A stretch of DNA of 63,467 nucleotides, filler included, from Sphacelaria rigidula (taxonomy: Eukaryota), in assembly GCA_964200075.2 (NCBI GenBank). It is 8 parts of 8 records of this genome, joined end to end, with 100 filler letters (N's around TTAATTAATTAA, not from the genome) between each part and the next. Parts side by side here need not be neighbours in the genome. Positions count along the whole stretch, not along the records: positions 31,787 to 39,632 come from CAXNAA020013259.1; positions 39,733 to 47,577 come from CAXNAA020013260.1; 6 more parts are not named here. One strand, given 5' to 3'. The notes beneath the pieces were generated by a model. It worked only from the letters and a program-made list of their open reading frames with translations, was not told the DNA's origin and made no database searches. The number at the start of each line of letters is the position of its first letter. Within the stretch, counting starts at the first letter, position 1. This document shows, in pieces, positions 34,982 through 46,840 of the stretch. Made by a program: the position numbers and the translations under genes.

Positions 34982-37763
34982 ATGATGCCCCATCCAGTTC
35001 CATTCGTGTCGACGAGAGGAACTACTACGAACCATTCACCTTTTCAACGACCGTCGAGGCTACGAGCACGGAGAGGGACAAGCAAGCACGATGAACACGC
35101 CGATCCCGACTCGAGCCGCCGTGACAACCTTGTAATGTCGGCGAGGTTTCCCCTGGGCGGGGCAGGGGAGGAGGATTGGCTAGCAGTCGCGGAGGAGGCG
35201 TTTCGACTGCCGTCGCCACCGCCGCCGCCATCACCGCATGGACCTCCGTTTCTATCTGTGAAGCCAGGGTCACGACCGAGCGATACTGGCGGTGGGAGCG
35301 AGGGACATTCGACATTTACGGTTTCAACGGCTGGGGTTGATACTTCGTGCGAAAGAACGGCACACGAGATGCGACTACCGTTACCACGAAAATTGGGTGC
35401 GGTGATTGGGGCGGTGGTGACCAATGATGCAAGAGAAGGGGTGGGGTTCCAGAGAGGGGTTGTGAGTCGTAGCCCCCCAGAAAACGTTGATGACGCTGAC
35501 ACTGATCGGTGGCTCTGGCGCATGACTGATGGTGGTGCAGGAGGTGGCATGGTCGGGCCGTTGGTGATGCTGGCGACGGTCGCTGCCCTGACGGGTCTGT
35601 TTATTTGGTGCGAGCACGACGGAACGATCGTCGGGTTGGATTGGCTCGGCAGTTGGGTGAGACGGGAAATGAGTCAAGAAAAGATGGGGAGTTTCGGGAA
35701 TTCGGGGGAAGCTGCGCATTCTGTACATCCACGCGTAGTTCATGTGGAACGATATTCGAGTAGGGCTCCCATGTGGTATGCATGTATCACAACAAGAATG
35801 ATCTGCGTTTTGGCGCCAATGCCACGCTCCGATTTTTTTCAGGGGCTTACCGTTATTCCTCCATGCGAAGTGGACAATTCATACACACAGTATTACTGAA
35901 GGTAAAAAACGTGCCATGTTTCATCCCCATTCCCAATGGATCAAGATTCGAATATGAAGATCAACCAAAACACGCTAGTTCAAAGCACAGACAAAAGTGT
36001 ATAACTAGACGATGAATTTAGTCAATTTTGAACTGATTATTTTCATATTGTCTGCCCCTTGTCCAAGAACAAAAAATAAACCGAACAACCAAAAAGCTCC
36101 AAACATTATAATAAACAGTCATTTATTGATCATCATTTGATTGAAAAAAAAAAACAGTTGTACGAAAGTCCACTCCGTGTGTAAAGGTCATTGATCAAGC
36201 ATGACTTCGAAGTACACGCTCAACGCCTAACCCATGCAGAGTTGCATGCTGACCTCTGAGCACAATTGTTGGGTTGACCCATTTAAATCTGTAGAAGTTG
36301 ATGATCACCTGTATGATATAGTCCGTCCGCCACCTGTGGTATAGCGTTCCTTTTGAACGGGACGTTACAGACGTCGCACATTCCATGAGCTACCTTCGAA
36401 TCACTTCTATGGTGTACTGGCCCGTGTCATGAGGTATTACACCTATGGCCGAAGCTCTTGAGAGCAGGGCAGCGCGTGTACTGCGCCAAGTTGACAGGGA
36501 GGTTTAGTGGGAGCATCCCCCACACTACCTTGGGCCACCGTTCGAGGCGCCTTCCCCACATGACTGCCGCGAGGTGGTATAGCCGATCCTCCAGGTAATC
36601 GGAATACGAACTCGCTAGCGATCGCCTGCGATCGCTTGCGGGGTAAGTGTTGAGTTGGGTTTCCTCTTTCCATCAAGGAAAAATAAATAAATGAGGTATT
36701 ACAGCCCAGTTGGCCCCTGTTCCCACGTTTGCTCCCTCCAGCGCTGGATGCCGAGAACGCGAAGTAGCGCAACGGTTGTAGCTTTGGCTTCTCTCTGTGT
36801 TGGGGTGCAATGGCTTCCATTTATATTTCGAATTTAAATCGGCGTCATCTCAACGGGTGTGCTGACCCTTGGCGTGCGTGTGCTGTGCGCGTGTCTCACA
36901 CAAACCATCGTTCCTCATTGAGTCTGAACAGCTTTGTGCAAGGTCACGCATCGAGTGCTCAGCCGATAAACAGCTGCGGATATTTTTTCTTCATACGAAG
37001 CCCCGTGCCATTACGCAACGTACATCGTCATCACCCGTGTTCACGTATCTTGGCTGTCGATCCATTGAGCATGGCGGCGAAAGCCGCCGAAATCCTTGTA
37101 GTATATACAAAGTATGCATACTAGGCGCCGTGACCCGGTGAGATTAATTCAAATGGTGCATCCAACACGGTTAGGATTAAAAGAACGCGAGATCGATTCC
37201 CGCCGGATGCGGTCATCATTTTTTTTTCTAATGAGTACCTGATTTCCATCATTGACAGCGTCAGGACGTGCGTGAGTAGTATTGAAGGGTTTTTTTTGGC
37301 CGTGTTTGCCTTGACGTCAGTCGACACGGTGCAGTGCGGTGCAGGAGTGCTGATCCAGTTCGCGAGATCAAAATGCGAGGCGTGTTCCTGGGGAGAGATG
37401 GGTCAGAAGTGTGCCTAAGAAATAGATGAATATACATACATATATATGTCTGTGTATATACGTTGAAGGCGTTACTTGACAACAAAAAATCGCCATGTGG
37501 TGTTGGTGATAATTGTGTTCCATGTGTTCCCCGTCTTCCGTACGTACGTGATCGTATTTGTTTTATTGCCTTCTTGTACGTAGCTCTGGGGGACCTCCTC
37601 GACATCACCAGCGACGGCAACGAGCGGTGCCCAAGAAAGCATCCTCCACGACGTTCACCTCACGCCTCTGCGCAGCGTCGTTACTGGTGCGGGTGCGGGG
37701 TTAACACGGGCCGTCTCCCGGACGTTTACGTTCCCGATGGACACCATCAAAACGAGGCGGCAG
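34982..37763 (+). CDS. Mitochondrial carrier family (SLC25-type) gene, partial: exon ending 35656 spliced to exon 37584-37763
   Basis: Exon 37584-37763 (TAG|...CAG|GT, 180 nt) encodes ..SVVTGAGAGLTRAVSRTFTFPMDTIKTRRQ, containing the carrier signature PxDxxKxRxQ. The upstream TGG|GTGAGA donor is in phase 0. The 5' start is uncertain. Confidence 0.75.
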
Positions 37764-39821
37764 GTGTCTGGGCTTCGACAATCGGACCGTGAAGCCATGC
37801 CTCAGGTGTGTGTGTGAGGGAGAGACAGAGACGGAGACAGAGACAGACGGGCAGGCAGAGACGCAGACAGAGAGATATACACGGAGAGAGAGACTGGGTG
37901 TGTGCTTGCCTGCTTGCTTGTCGTACTATCAAGATGGCACTTGCGTGAACTTGAGCGTGTGTTTTTGATTTCCCCCTTGTTGGATGAAGGAAGTCTGTTG
38001 CTGTATCGCGGGCTTTGACCTTCACTTCAGCACCGCGTCGACTTTTATGTAAAAAAAATCAAAATGAAGAAAAAAGCTATTCACGTCCTCGCGTTCCAAG
38101 AGCGATCCCCAGATTCTCCTGAACAGCCTCGGCGGCCTACTACGTACAACTAACGCGAACTGTTAGTAGGCCCATTATTGTAGACACTGTTTTTACAGAG
38201 ATGTCTCAAATTCTCTGAACAGGCATGGCACCTGATGACTCTCGAACGCCTGTGAGCACCACGGCGCACACACAGAGCAGCTAGCCGAAGCGCTGCGTTG
38301 CAGTCCGAAAAATTCGGAATTCTCCGAGAATGAAGCCTCGGAGAAAAAATCATGCCGCCTCATTTTCAGAGAAGTCTGGAAGCAAAATCTGAAAATTCCG
38401 GAAAATTCCGAGATCTCCGAAAACAACAATTTCATATAAGAGTGGGCCAAATAGGTCGGAAGATTGCGGATTCGACACGTGGCAGAAATAGATGTATATC
38501 TATATATTTATATATATTGTTTCCTCCTTTTCCTGATAACTGCGATGTTTTGTTTCCTGCCTTCCTCTGCGGGCTGTTTGAGTTATGGGTATATTGGTGG
38601 TATGCTCCTTGCACTCTGTGACCACGGGTTCGAGAGATCGAGATAATGTGACGGATGTAGTATTAATAATATATTGCGATTTTCGTCGTTGAAAGCGTGA
38701 GGATGTAACAGCAGGTAAAGCTTGTTTGACGAGAGTCGACGCGGTTCGGGAGTGAATGCTGACCGTCATGATCCAATACGCAATAGCAAAATATAGGGCG
38801 TGCACCTACGGGGAGAGAGAGAGAGATGGGTTGGTAGATTCCTTGCGACTCGCCGAACACATCGCGGATAGTGAGCCTGGTCCAGCGAAAACCTGGCGTG
38901 CTCCGTCCCGACTTTGTAGGGATGCGAGGTCTATGGTCTCATGGCTACGGCATACAAGATCATAGTCACCGGCCCCTCCCTTATTTTTTTTTCTATGTGG
39001 ACCCTTGGACTGCGAATCCTCCTTAGATGGTCTCAGATGGACTATAGTATGCCACATTTGGGGTTCAAAAGAGCTGGTTTTTCGTGACACAGAATGCCTT
39101 TTAGTCATGAACGTGATGATGTTGGGCATCTATTATACAGGTCGCGGAGAACTCCTGACCGGATTTTAGCCTGCAGTCAAGTGCGTGCGGAGTTAGTGTG
39201 TGTGTGCTGTATGTCTCCGCTGGATACAACGGCAAGAAACAGTCATCACTATCCAGCCAACACAGTCTACTGCACGCTGATGGTGTCTCTACATGATGTT
39301 CCACAACAACACTACAGACAGCGTGAAGCTATGCTGGTAACACAAGAGAGGTCAGGCAGACGGAAAATACCACGAACAGAAGAATGAAAAAAGTAGAAAC
39401 CATGTTGTTCGAGGTAGTCCATCTGTTCTTCATCTGTGGGCTCCCACCCTTACTGCAGGCGATCGATCCGGTAGATGATGTTGATATCCCCTACCGAACA
39501 AAACATTTCCTTTATTGTACTCGGATTACACGTGTAGACATCAGCCCTCCCCCCCCCCCCCCCCCCCCCCCCCTGCACGCGGTGCGCGTGCCGTGGGTCC
39601 ACAGCCCGACGGACCACCCAAACAGACAACCCNNNNNNNNNNNNNNNNNNNNNNNNNNNNNNNNNNNNNNNNNNNNTTAATTAATTAANNNNNNNNNNNN
39701 NNNNNNNNNNNNNNNNNNNNNNNNNNNNNNNNTACTGTCTAGTGCATCAAACGATTTCATGCCACCTTTGTTCACGTCCCGCATTTCCCCCTCTAGCACG
39801 TCCCGTGGGAGGGGGAGGGGG

Positions 39822-39899
39822 GTTCAGGAAGCGAACAGTTTACCCATTGAACCAGTGAGCGCTCACTGGTTCAATGGGTAAACTGTTCGCTTCCTGAAC
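39822..39899. repeat. Perfect 78-bp palindrome with no spacer
   Basis: GTTCAGGAAGCGAACAGTTTACCCATTGAACCAGTGAGC followed immediately by its exact reverse complement. Confidence 0.95.
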
Positions 39900-40088
39900 A
39901 AAAGATATGCTGTGTGGTCCGCCCCCCGGCATGACACTTCAGTGATATCCGGGGCTCCTTGCCCCTCGCAAGCCTCACTGCTCGCATTTCAAATTCCACC
40001 AACAATTGATCGTCTAGAGACTCGAACCCCCGACCTCTTGTTCCACAAGCGGACATTTGATGATTGAACCACAAGTGAGCGCTCACCA
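39900..40088 (-). mobile_element. tRNA-derived SINE-like element (second family)
   Basis: The minus strand reads GTGAGCGCTCACTTGTGGTTCAATC (A-box-like)...GGGTTCGAGTC (B box), then a non-tRNA body running into the palindrome. Confidence 0.55.
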
Positions 40089-40339
40089 TTTATATATACA
40101 TTAATATGTATTTCTACAACTATAATCCATTTCACACGGTTCCTCCCCCTGGTTGGATTCACCGACAGAGCGGATGCTTCTTCTATCATACTCGATGTGT
40201 CCTGAGCGGCATCCCCTTTCAAGCAACGCCACAGCAGGGGTGCACTTTTTCATTCTGAGGATATTTACTGTTGGAGACTCTCGATGACAAATATCTGGGC
40301 CATTTTGTGCAGCCTCAAAAAAAAATTGGACTGAAATAT

Positions 40340-41200
40340 TCACCCCTACCGTGGCAATACTCTTTTTTCTTCGCGTAGATGTTGTACGCATCCCCAGTTC
40401 ATCTCCCCTCTTCCTGAAATACTGCGCGTGATGCACCCAACACCCGCGGAACATTGAGCAGAACCACCAAATCTAAGGAAGTGCAACGTGTCCTCGGATG
40501 GCTTCACTCCCGCTACCTCTACCAAAGTCTGGAAGGCTTTCGTGGCTTGCCTCTGGGTCCACCAGATGGGCAACCCGTCACCCAACACGCATGCCATCAA
40601 TGGAGCATCCGCAGGTAACCCCGGAAACGCAAGACAACAATTTCATCTTAGCATCCACCGCCCAACGTGCCGCAGTCCGTCCGCCAACCCCTTCGTCGTT
40701 GGTACGACTTACTATTGCCCCTCGCCTCAACATTTCACCCATGGATGCGCGAGAACGCATTTCAACACGATTAGCCGACGCCCAAACTGGCCAGTTGAAT
40801 TGTGCCTTTGTCCGTAGAACAATTTCATCTTCCACTTCCTCGCAAACAATACACGTAAAATTCGAACGCTCAGCGACTTTCGCCAGACGCCTCAGACGTC
40901 TTGGTCGAAAATAAAAAAAAGACATACCTACCCCCAGGAAAAGAAACAACACACGGCCTCCGGCTCCCCACTGGTTGATCAAGTGTGGTCGCCGGTCAAC
41001 AAAGTGGCCCTCGATACCGGCCGCCGCACGCGCGGCTGTGTGCCCCGCTTCAGCGTGATAACGTTCAATCCCCTCTCGTGCTCTCTGCACGAGAAAACGA
41101 ACAGCGGGTACGGTATACATAACTCGATGTGATGAATTACTCCGTGAACATATTTAACTCCCGAGTGATTCCGCGATAGCCCCCCCCCAAAAAAAACGCG
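40340..41200 (-). pseudogene. Tyrosine recombinase of a DIRS/Ngaro-type retrotransposon (frameshifted)
   Basis: SGVKYVH, AREGIERYHAEAG, QPRVRRPVS, QWGAGGRVLFL, WASANRVEMR, LRRGAIVSRT, TLHFLRFGG (HxLRxGG) and EEGR*TGDAYNIYA (GRWxSxAYxxY) appear in the expected order. Confidence 0.85.
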
Positions 41201-41619
41201 GCTGGTTTGAGGGGGCAAGGTCTACATGCCAGTCAAAATAACAGAAGCCGAGCACACCGAGCAGCTGGGAACTCACACGCTCATAATCGCTCATACGAGA
41301 CGCTTCAGTCAATCGGAAACCAGCTATCAGGCACTACATGGGCATTTTTTCTCCGTGACAGAGTTGGGGCTGTTTTTTATGAGCGGGGGGGGGGGGCTCT
41401 CGGCATCACTCCGTCGCCAAGTAAGTCTCAATCGTCTTCACCCGGAGACCATATATCAAGCGTGCGTAGGCTAATTATGATAACACTTACTATTCACGTA
41501 TGTTCCATGGCGCTCTTCCCGTTCGGCAAAAAATCCGGGCGATCGATCTCGCGCTGGAGGAATGAATACCCCAAGATATCCGAGATTAACCCTTACACCG
41601 CGTGGTCGGTAGTCCATCT

Positions 41620-42400
41620 GGATCCCGCACACTTTTCAAGTGAAATTGATGCCGATTCAGCAGGTGACCTATCCTCGCGGTCGAAGGGTTGACTTGTCTG
41701 CTCAGACGGTTGCGCAACGAATCGCCTGGCAAACTCATATCCAAAATTATGGAACACAGCTCATTCCTCCGTGCCTCGATTATCTGTTCACGGCACGATG
41801 CACGGGGGCGTGAAGCGATCGAACCAGAGGTGATGGGATCTCTCGCCCATCGCGAAATACCACCAGCTGCATTATCAAGTGCCCCGCAGATACTAGGCTC
41901 AGAAATACCATTTGCTGGCTATTTCCAGAATCCTCAAACTACCGCGTGAACGTCCCCGTTCTGGAGTCTGTGCCTTCTCGATACGTATTGATCCATTGCG
42001 CAGCAGAGCTTTTGTCTCCCCGCAGCAGTACACCGCCTGTATCACCTTCTGGTTTTTGTTGGAGTGCAATACCACGGTCACCCACGCAGGCATGACCGTT
42101 CCCAACAATTCGAGCACGCAGAGAGATACCATTCTGGTTGTGAATTCGGTTACTGCAAACGAGCTGTTCATGTATAAGGTCCTATTACCACCAGCAGCCG
42201 TTTTCGCCAACAGCCATCCCCATTGGCTCTCGTCGCACCATCCGGATTGTTGCACCGGAAAATAAGGTCATGATGAATAATACAGAACTTGTCCTCCACC
42301 AAATCAACCGGTCGGCGATAAACGCAACAGTCAAATCTCGTGGGCACGGCGTTGGTCAAACACGATCGTTCGTCCATGCATCATGTTCGTCAACACTTTT
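41620..42400 (-). pseudogene. RNase H region of the same DIRS/Ngaro retrotransposon
   Basis: SLCVLELLG (cf. INxLELLG), a frameshifted LLRGDK (cf. LxxDN), LEIASKWYF and GISRW (cf. ADxxSR) match DIRS1-type RNase HI. It lies upstream of the recombinase on the same strand. Confidence 0.8.
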
Positions 42401-43099
42401 GACGACAACTTGTGGGCATACTGCTATGTACGGGGGTGAATGAGGATCGTAACGACCAAAAAAGCACATCCGGGAGAAAAAAATAATGACGCGGGGGAAT
42501 AATGGACACGTCATCAGCTATTTCCAGCTGTTTGGAGTAGGACACACGCTTCGTCCACTATTAATTTGGTTTTCGTACACGACAACTGCACTACTTTCAT
42601 CGCGTTTGTCATGGCACAGAAAGCGAGCCGGCCTGTGGCACTTCACAGCCCCCCCCCCCCCCTCACACACACACACAAGCCAGGGAATAATGAAATATCT
42701 TTGCTCAGATCGCCACAGCGGACCCCCGAAGCCCCGAAAGCAGAAAAAAAACAAAAAGACAAGACAGTTTGGTAGCATCCAGCGTTTGTGGGACGCGTCG
42801 AGGAAATATATTCTATGGCTCCCTAGTTGGGTGTGTGGCAAGCGCACGCAAAAAACCGCAGTGCAATTCTCTGCTTGGTTGCCGATAAATCCGCGTTGAA
42901 AGATTGGCAAAACAGCATACAAGAGTGCAACAGCAGGGGCACAACAACAACAACAACAACACGAGCAGCAACTCCTATCCTTCTCTTGTTGTGACCCTGT
43001 GTACAGATGTACAGCAACGTCAGTCACAGGTTTGTTGTAGAAATGTACTGTTATAGTACGTTTCACATGGGCCAGGTCGTTATTTCGAGGTGACGCGTG

Positions 43100-44460
43100 T
43101 ACTTGTGATTGATACCGATTGGCTCATTTAGGCTTCATTTCTTCTGTAGACAGGTGTCGATGCACACTTTCCCGAAATGTAGTGCCCAAAATGGGCCCCG
43201 GTTCACCCCCATAACTGTCTGGTGCTTGCGTGGTTGCCACGCACCAGCACAGGATTTCCACCACTCGCCTCCTAACATCCACCCAACCACCGGGTCTCAG
43301 TGTACTACTCACCAGACGACGCACACAAGAAAACTGTTTGAAATTTCCAGACCAGTGGGACACTTTCGCTCGGCATCAACGTGTGGTAAAAAGAAAAGGT
43401 GGAGGACAAATAGTGTCAACCAGCCGGCCAATATCGCCCCCAAGCAAGGCAAGCATACCCGACCCCAAGCCTACAAGAATCTGCAATCGATTCGTATCGA
43501 ACGCATCATCCCACTGCACAATCAACGGGGAAATGGCGGGTGGAATATCATCTACTCTGGAACGCCCCCCCCCCCCAAACCTCTAACGACGGCACGCACA
43601 CGATCAGTCTGGGCTCCTGCAATCCAGGGACAAGCGGCACACGTTCATCAACTTCTTCTTGGTCCACCTGTGCTAACGTCTCCCGAGCCAGGTCTTGCAC
43701 TCCATAAGGCCACCCCGCTTCGCTGCACGCCCGAACCTGTTCGCCCCGCCGTAACTCGGAGGAGCCCCTATCCAGTGCTGGCGGCCGCATCCCTTGCAGA
43801 ATAAGTGCCCGGTATGAGAGACGAACCAGATAGGTGTCGAGTCACCGTCATGGGAAGGATTGGTGAAGTAACAGCACCGTAGTCAACATCTGTGTTGCGC
43901 GGTTTTTGTCATATTTTCGTAGCTGACGTTTTGTTTAATAGATTCTTTTTCGCGTGCTACCGCCCATCACAGCGAATGATTAATCCTAAACTATTCGGGG
44001 ACCGGGAGATATTTGTATCCGCTCTACATTCAGACAAAAAATCGTTCCAACCAACACACAATATTGAACAGTCTATGGACTGACTGGTCCTCGGGGGTCC
44101 AGCGATTACACAGCCTCAGGTTCTGACTCTTCAATATTTTTGCTCCATCGAACGCATCCCGATCGTTCTCGTGAACAAATGGGTAAAACTGTTTTTTTTT
44201 CTTATTCATTGCGCTAGAGCCGAAGAACCGGGGTTCTTGGATCAGTCGCGGTCGATAATGCCCCCTGATAAACGGGGTCATTACTCCGTATCACCCGAAC
44301 AATACCAAGTTGGGAATTGTGTCCTGAGCACGATTTGTTTGTTTTTCCAATATGTACCAACTCTGGTACCCTCGAAAGCTGATGAAGAACAGTGTGCGAG
44401 GAAATTACTGGGGTTGTTATTGACCGTTTTGGCAAAAACAACACAGTTTGCTCGACTCTA
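43100..44460 (-). pseudogene. Decayed coding region with a CHC2-like Zn-finger motif; possible primase(-helicase) remnant
   Basis: Minus strand from 43876 reads CCYFTNPSHDGDSTPIWFVSHTGHLFCKGCGRQHW. Upstream frameshifted IDRD*SKNP/RFFGSS resembles a prim-pol motif. Confidence 0.3.
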
Positions 44461-45279
44461 GCACAATTAATGGGTAGACGTTCAAAATGAAGTATATTCG
44501 ATTGCTCAGGAGAACAAGTGGGACTGGTTCACCGCCCTGTAAAATTGACATCTGAGTTTGTTTTTGCAATATCCCAACGGAGAAGCGCAAATTGCTCCCA
44601 CGCGCTAGCGAAACCTCAAAAAAATACGCACAAGCTGATTCTACACGCTATCTATGACTAAAGAGTCAAACCCGCAAGATATAACACAGAGTAATGCTTC
44701 CACCTGGGGAACACTAAACCAGGACTGACAGAAGCCAATTTGGGTGTAAGCGAACGATGCCTGTCGCGCCAAGTAGGGGGAAAAGTGGAGGAACCCGAGC
44801 AATCGGAAATCCGAATTAGTCCTGAGCAAGCCGCACAAACTAAAAGGTGGGTATAATCTAAAGCTCCAAAAAGGTACGTACGGGGGACGTCGGTCCTGAA
44901 GAAGAAGAATCCATATACGGCGGTCGGCCCCAGTAGCCCTGAGTGGGGGGGCTCTAGACAAGATACATCCAAAGTTGGGTAAAGATCGCCCTCGTAGGCA
45001 TAATGCTAAAGGTCGGAGGTGTGCTTAGATAATGGAATGGGTCAAATATGCCAGGAAAAATATGATGGTGGCAGGGGTACGAAAGGAAGGCCCTGGCACC
45101 AAGGCAGGAGGAGAGTTGAGCTGGGGCTTGAAGGTGTGCGCTGGCATCGTAGGCACAACTCATGTTGCACTGAATACCGCGGGGAAGCCCCTTGGGCTTG
45201 AGCCGCTGAAGGCACCAGGGTCCACGCGATGCAGATGCGCTGGGGGTATATAGCGCTGGTCGAAGCTTGAGCTGCAAGG

Positions 45280-46840
45280 ATTAAGAAATTATTAGAATTT
45301 TGTTAATTTTATCCAGGGTAGCCGATGAAACGCACTGTAGAGTATGTCTCTGTCGCAACAAGGTCGGCCAAGCGGAATTGTCGAATCCACCAGAGGTCGC
45401 CGCTGCCTTTGAACCGTAAGCGGGCGCCTTTGAGGAGTGTACTTTGTTTGGCGCGTCATTCTGCTTCCTAGACTTCGGTGGGTGCAAGCTCGTGATCATC
45501 AGCGACAACGCGCGGCAGGCCTTTGTCGCGGGATCCCGCCAGCTGCTGCGCCACGACGCATGTTGCGATACCTCTTGTTGTGACCGAGGTGCTACTATTG
45601 AGGTTGCACCCAGCACAAAAGGATGGCACGCGGATACAACTGGGGATCGGATCCGCGTTCTCGGGACGCTCTCCGAAGCCTCGCCAGCGTGCTTTATGCA
45701 TAACAGCAAACTTGCCGCCGCGGCCATGGACGATCTAATGGACGGAGATGTTGGACACGTCCGGTCGTAGGACTTGTTCAGTCGCGCCATCGGTGGTGAG
45801 GTGGTATGGCGACGACCTGGTCAGATAGCTGTTTAGCACATACTGAGTGAGACCAGCAAGAAGGTATCTGAGCATGTTGTTAGTGTCATGCCGGCTGAGC
45901 AACGCAAGGCTTGCATCGGTGCATGGAGGCACGAGATTTAGTGCCTTTGCCCTGGAGATCACGAGGTACTGTAGGTCAAGGTAGAGAAGTGTTTTCTCAC
46001 TGTACTTCTTTTTGGGTGGTGATGGCGACGGTCCGACTACCAGGATCTCGAACTGTCCTGTCAAATTGAGTGACAATTTTGCCTTGACGGTTGTCTGCTG
46101 GGGCAGCCTTGCTGGTGCCTTGGAGGATGGTCGACAAACTGTTGCTGACCCAGACCCAGCCGCCAACCTTCCAGGTCGGGCATGTTTTTTTGTTTTTGTT
46201 TTTTTTAACGCAAGAGTATTGGGTTGTATTTCAAGGCGCGAAGCGTTGAAACCGCACAAGAGCAAAGGCGTTGCGCTGTCTCAAGGGCGCCAGTCCATGA
46301 TAAGATAACTGATCCTGACTAAGACCTCAGTGACCGTCGAACGTGTGCCGTTCGAACATGGTGATGATGGGCAGCTCGTGGAAACGTCCAATGCGGAATT
46401 CGTTCGGAGAGAGGTCGGTGGCAGCATTGATCGAATTGATGTAGAAAAGAACAAGATGTGAGAAAGGTGGCGATCTCAATCGCTTCTGCGATCGTTGACG
46501 GCCGTAGATACCAGAAATCGATTAACTCCCTCGCGGTACCACCGTCACCATTCGGATGGTGAGCACTTGTGACCCTCTTGCGAATGCCCAGGTGCTTGCA
46601 CGATGCGTCAGAAAGATTTGAGCAAAGTTACTGACAATAGTTGTCGTGGAGAAGCTATTTCGGGTAACCATGGTGTTTGAAGTAGTGGTGTACGAGGAGG
46701 CCGGCGGTACCATGGGCTGTGACATCGCCTGCGGAAACTGCGTACATAGACACACGGTGACTGAATAAAGCGGTCGGTGAGCAGCAGAATGTAGGCATTG
46801 CTACTATAATGCCGTAATCCGTGGTCGGTCAAGGGTAGTA
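45280..46840 (-). pseudogene. Ty3/Gypsy LTR retrotransposon integrase + chromodomain-like tail (decayed)
   Basis: NAYILLLTDRF, MYAVSA, LGIRK..TSAHHPNGDGGT (integrase core), KAKLSLNLTGQFEILVVGP (GPF/Y motif), LLYLDL, LAGLTQYVLNSY, MHKARWRG (chromodomain-like). Confidence 0.85.

Noticed and set aside
35700..35780. Prolyl 4-hydroxylase-like start (VERYSSRAPMW)
   Set aside because: Lies after a strong GTGAGA donor whose phase fits the carrier exon, so it is probably intronic.
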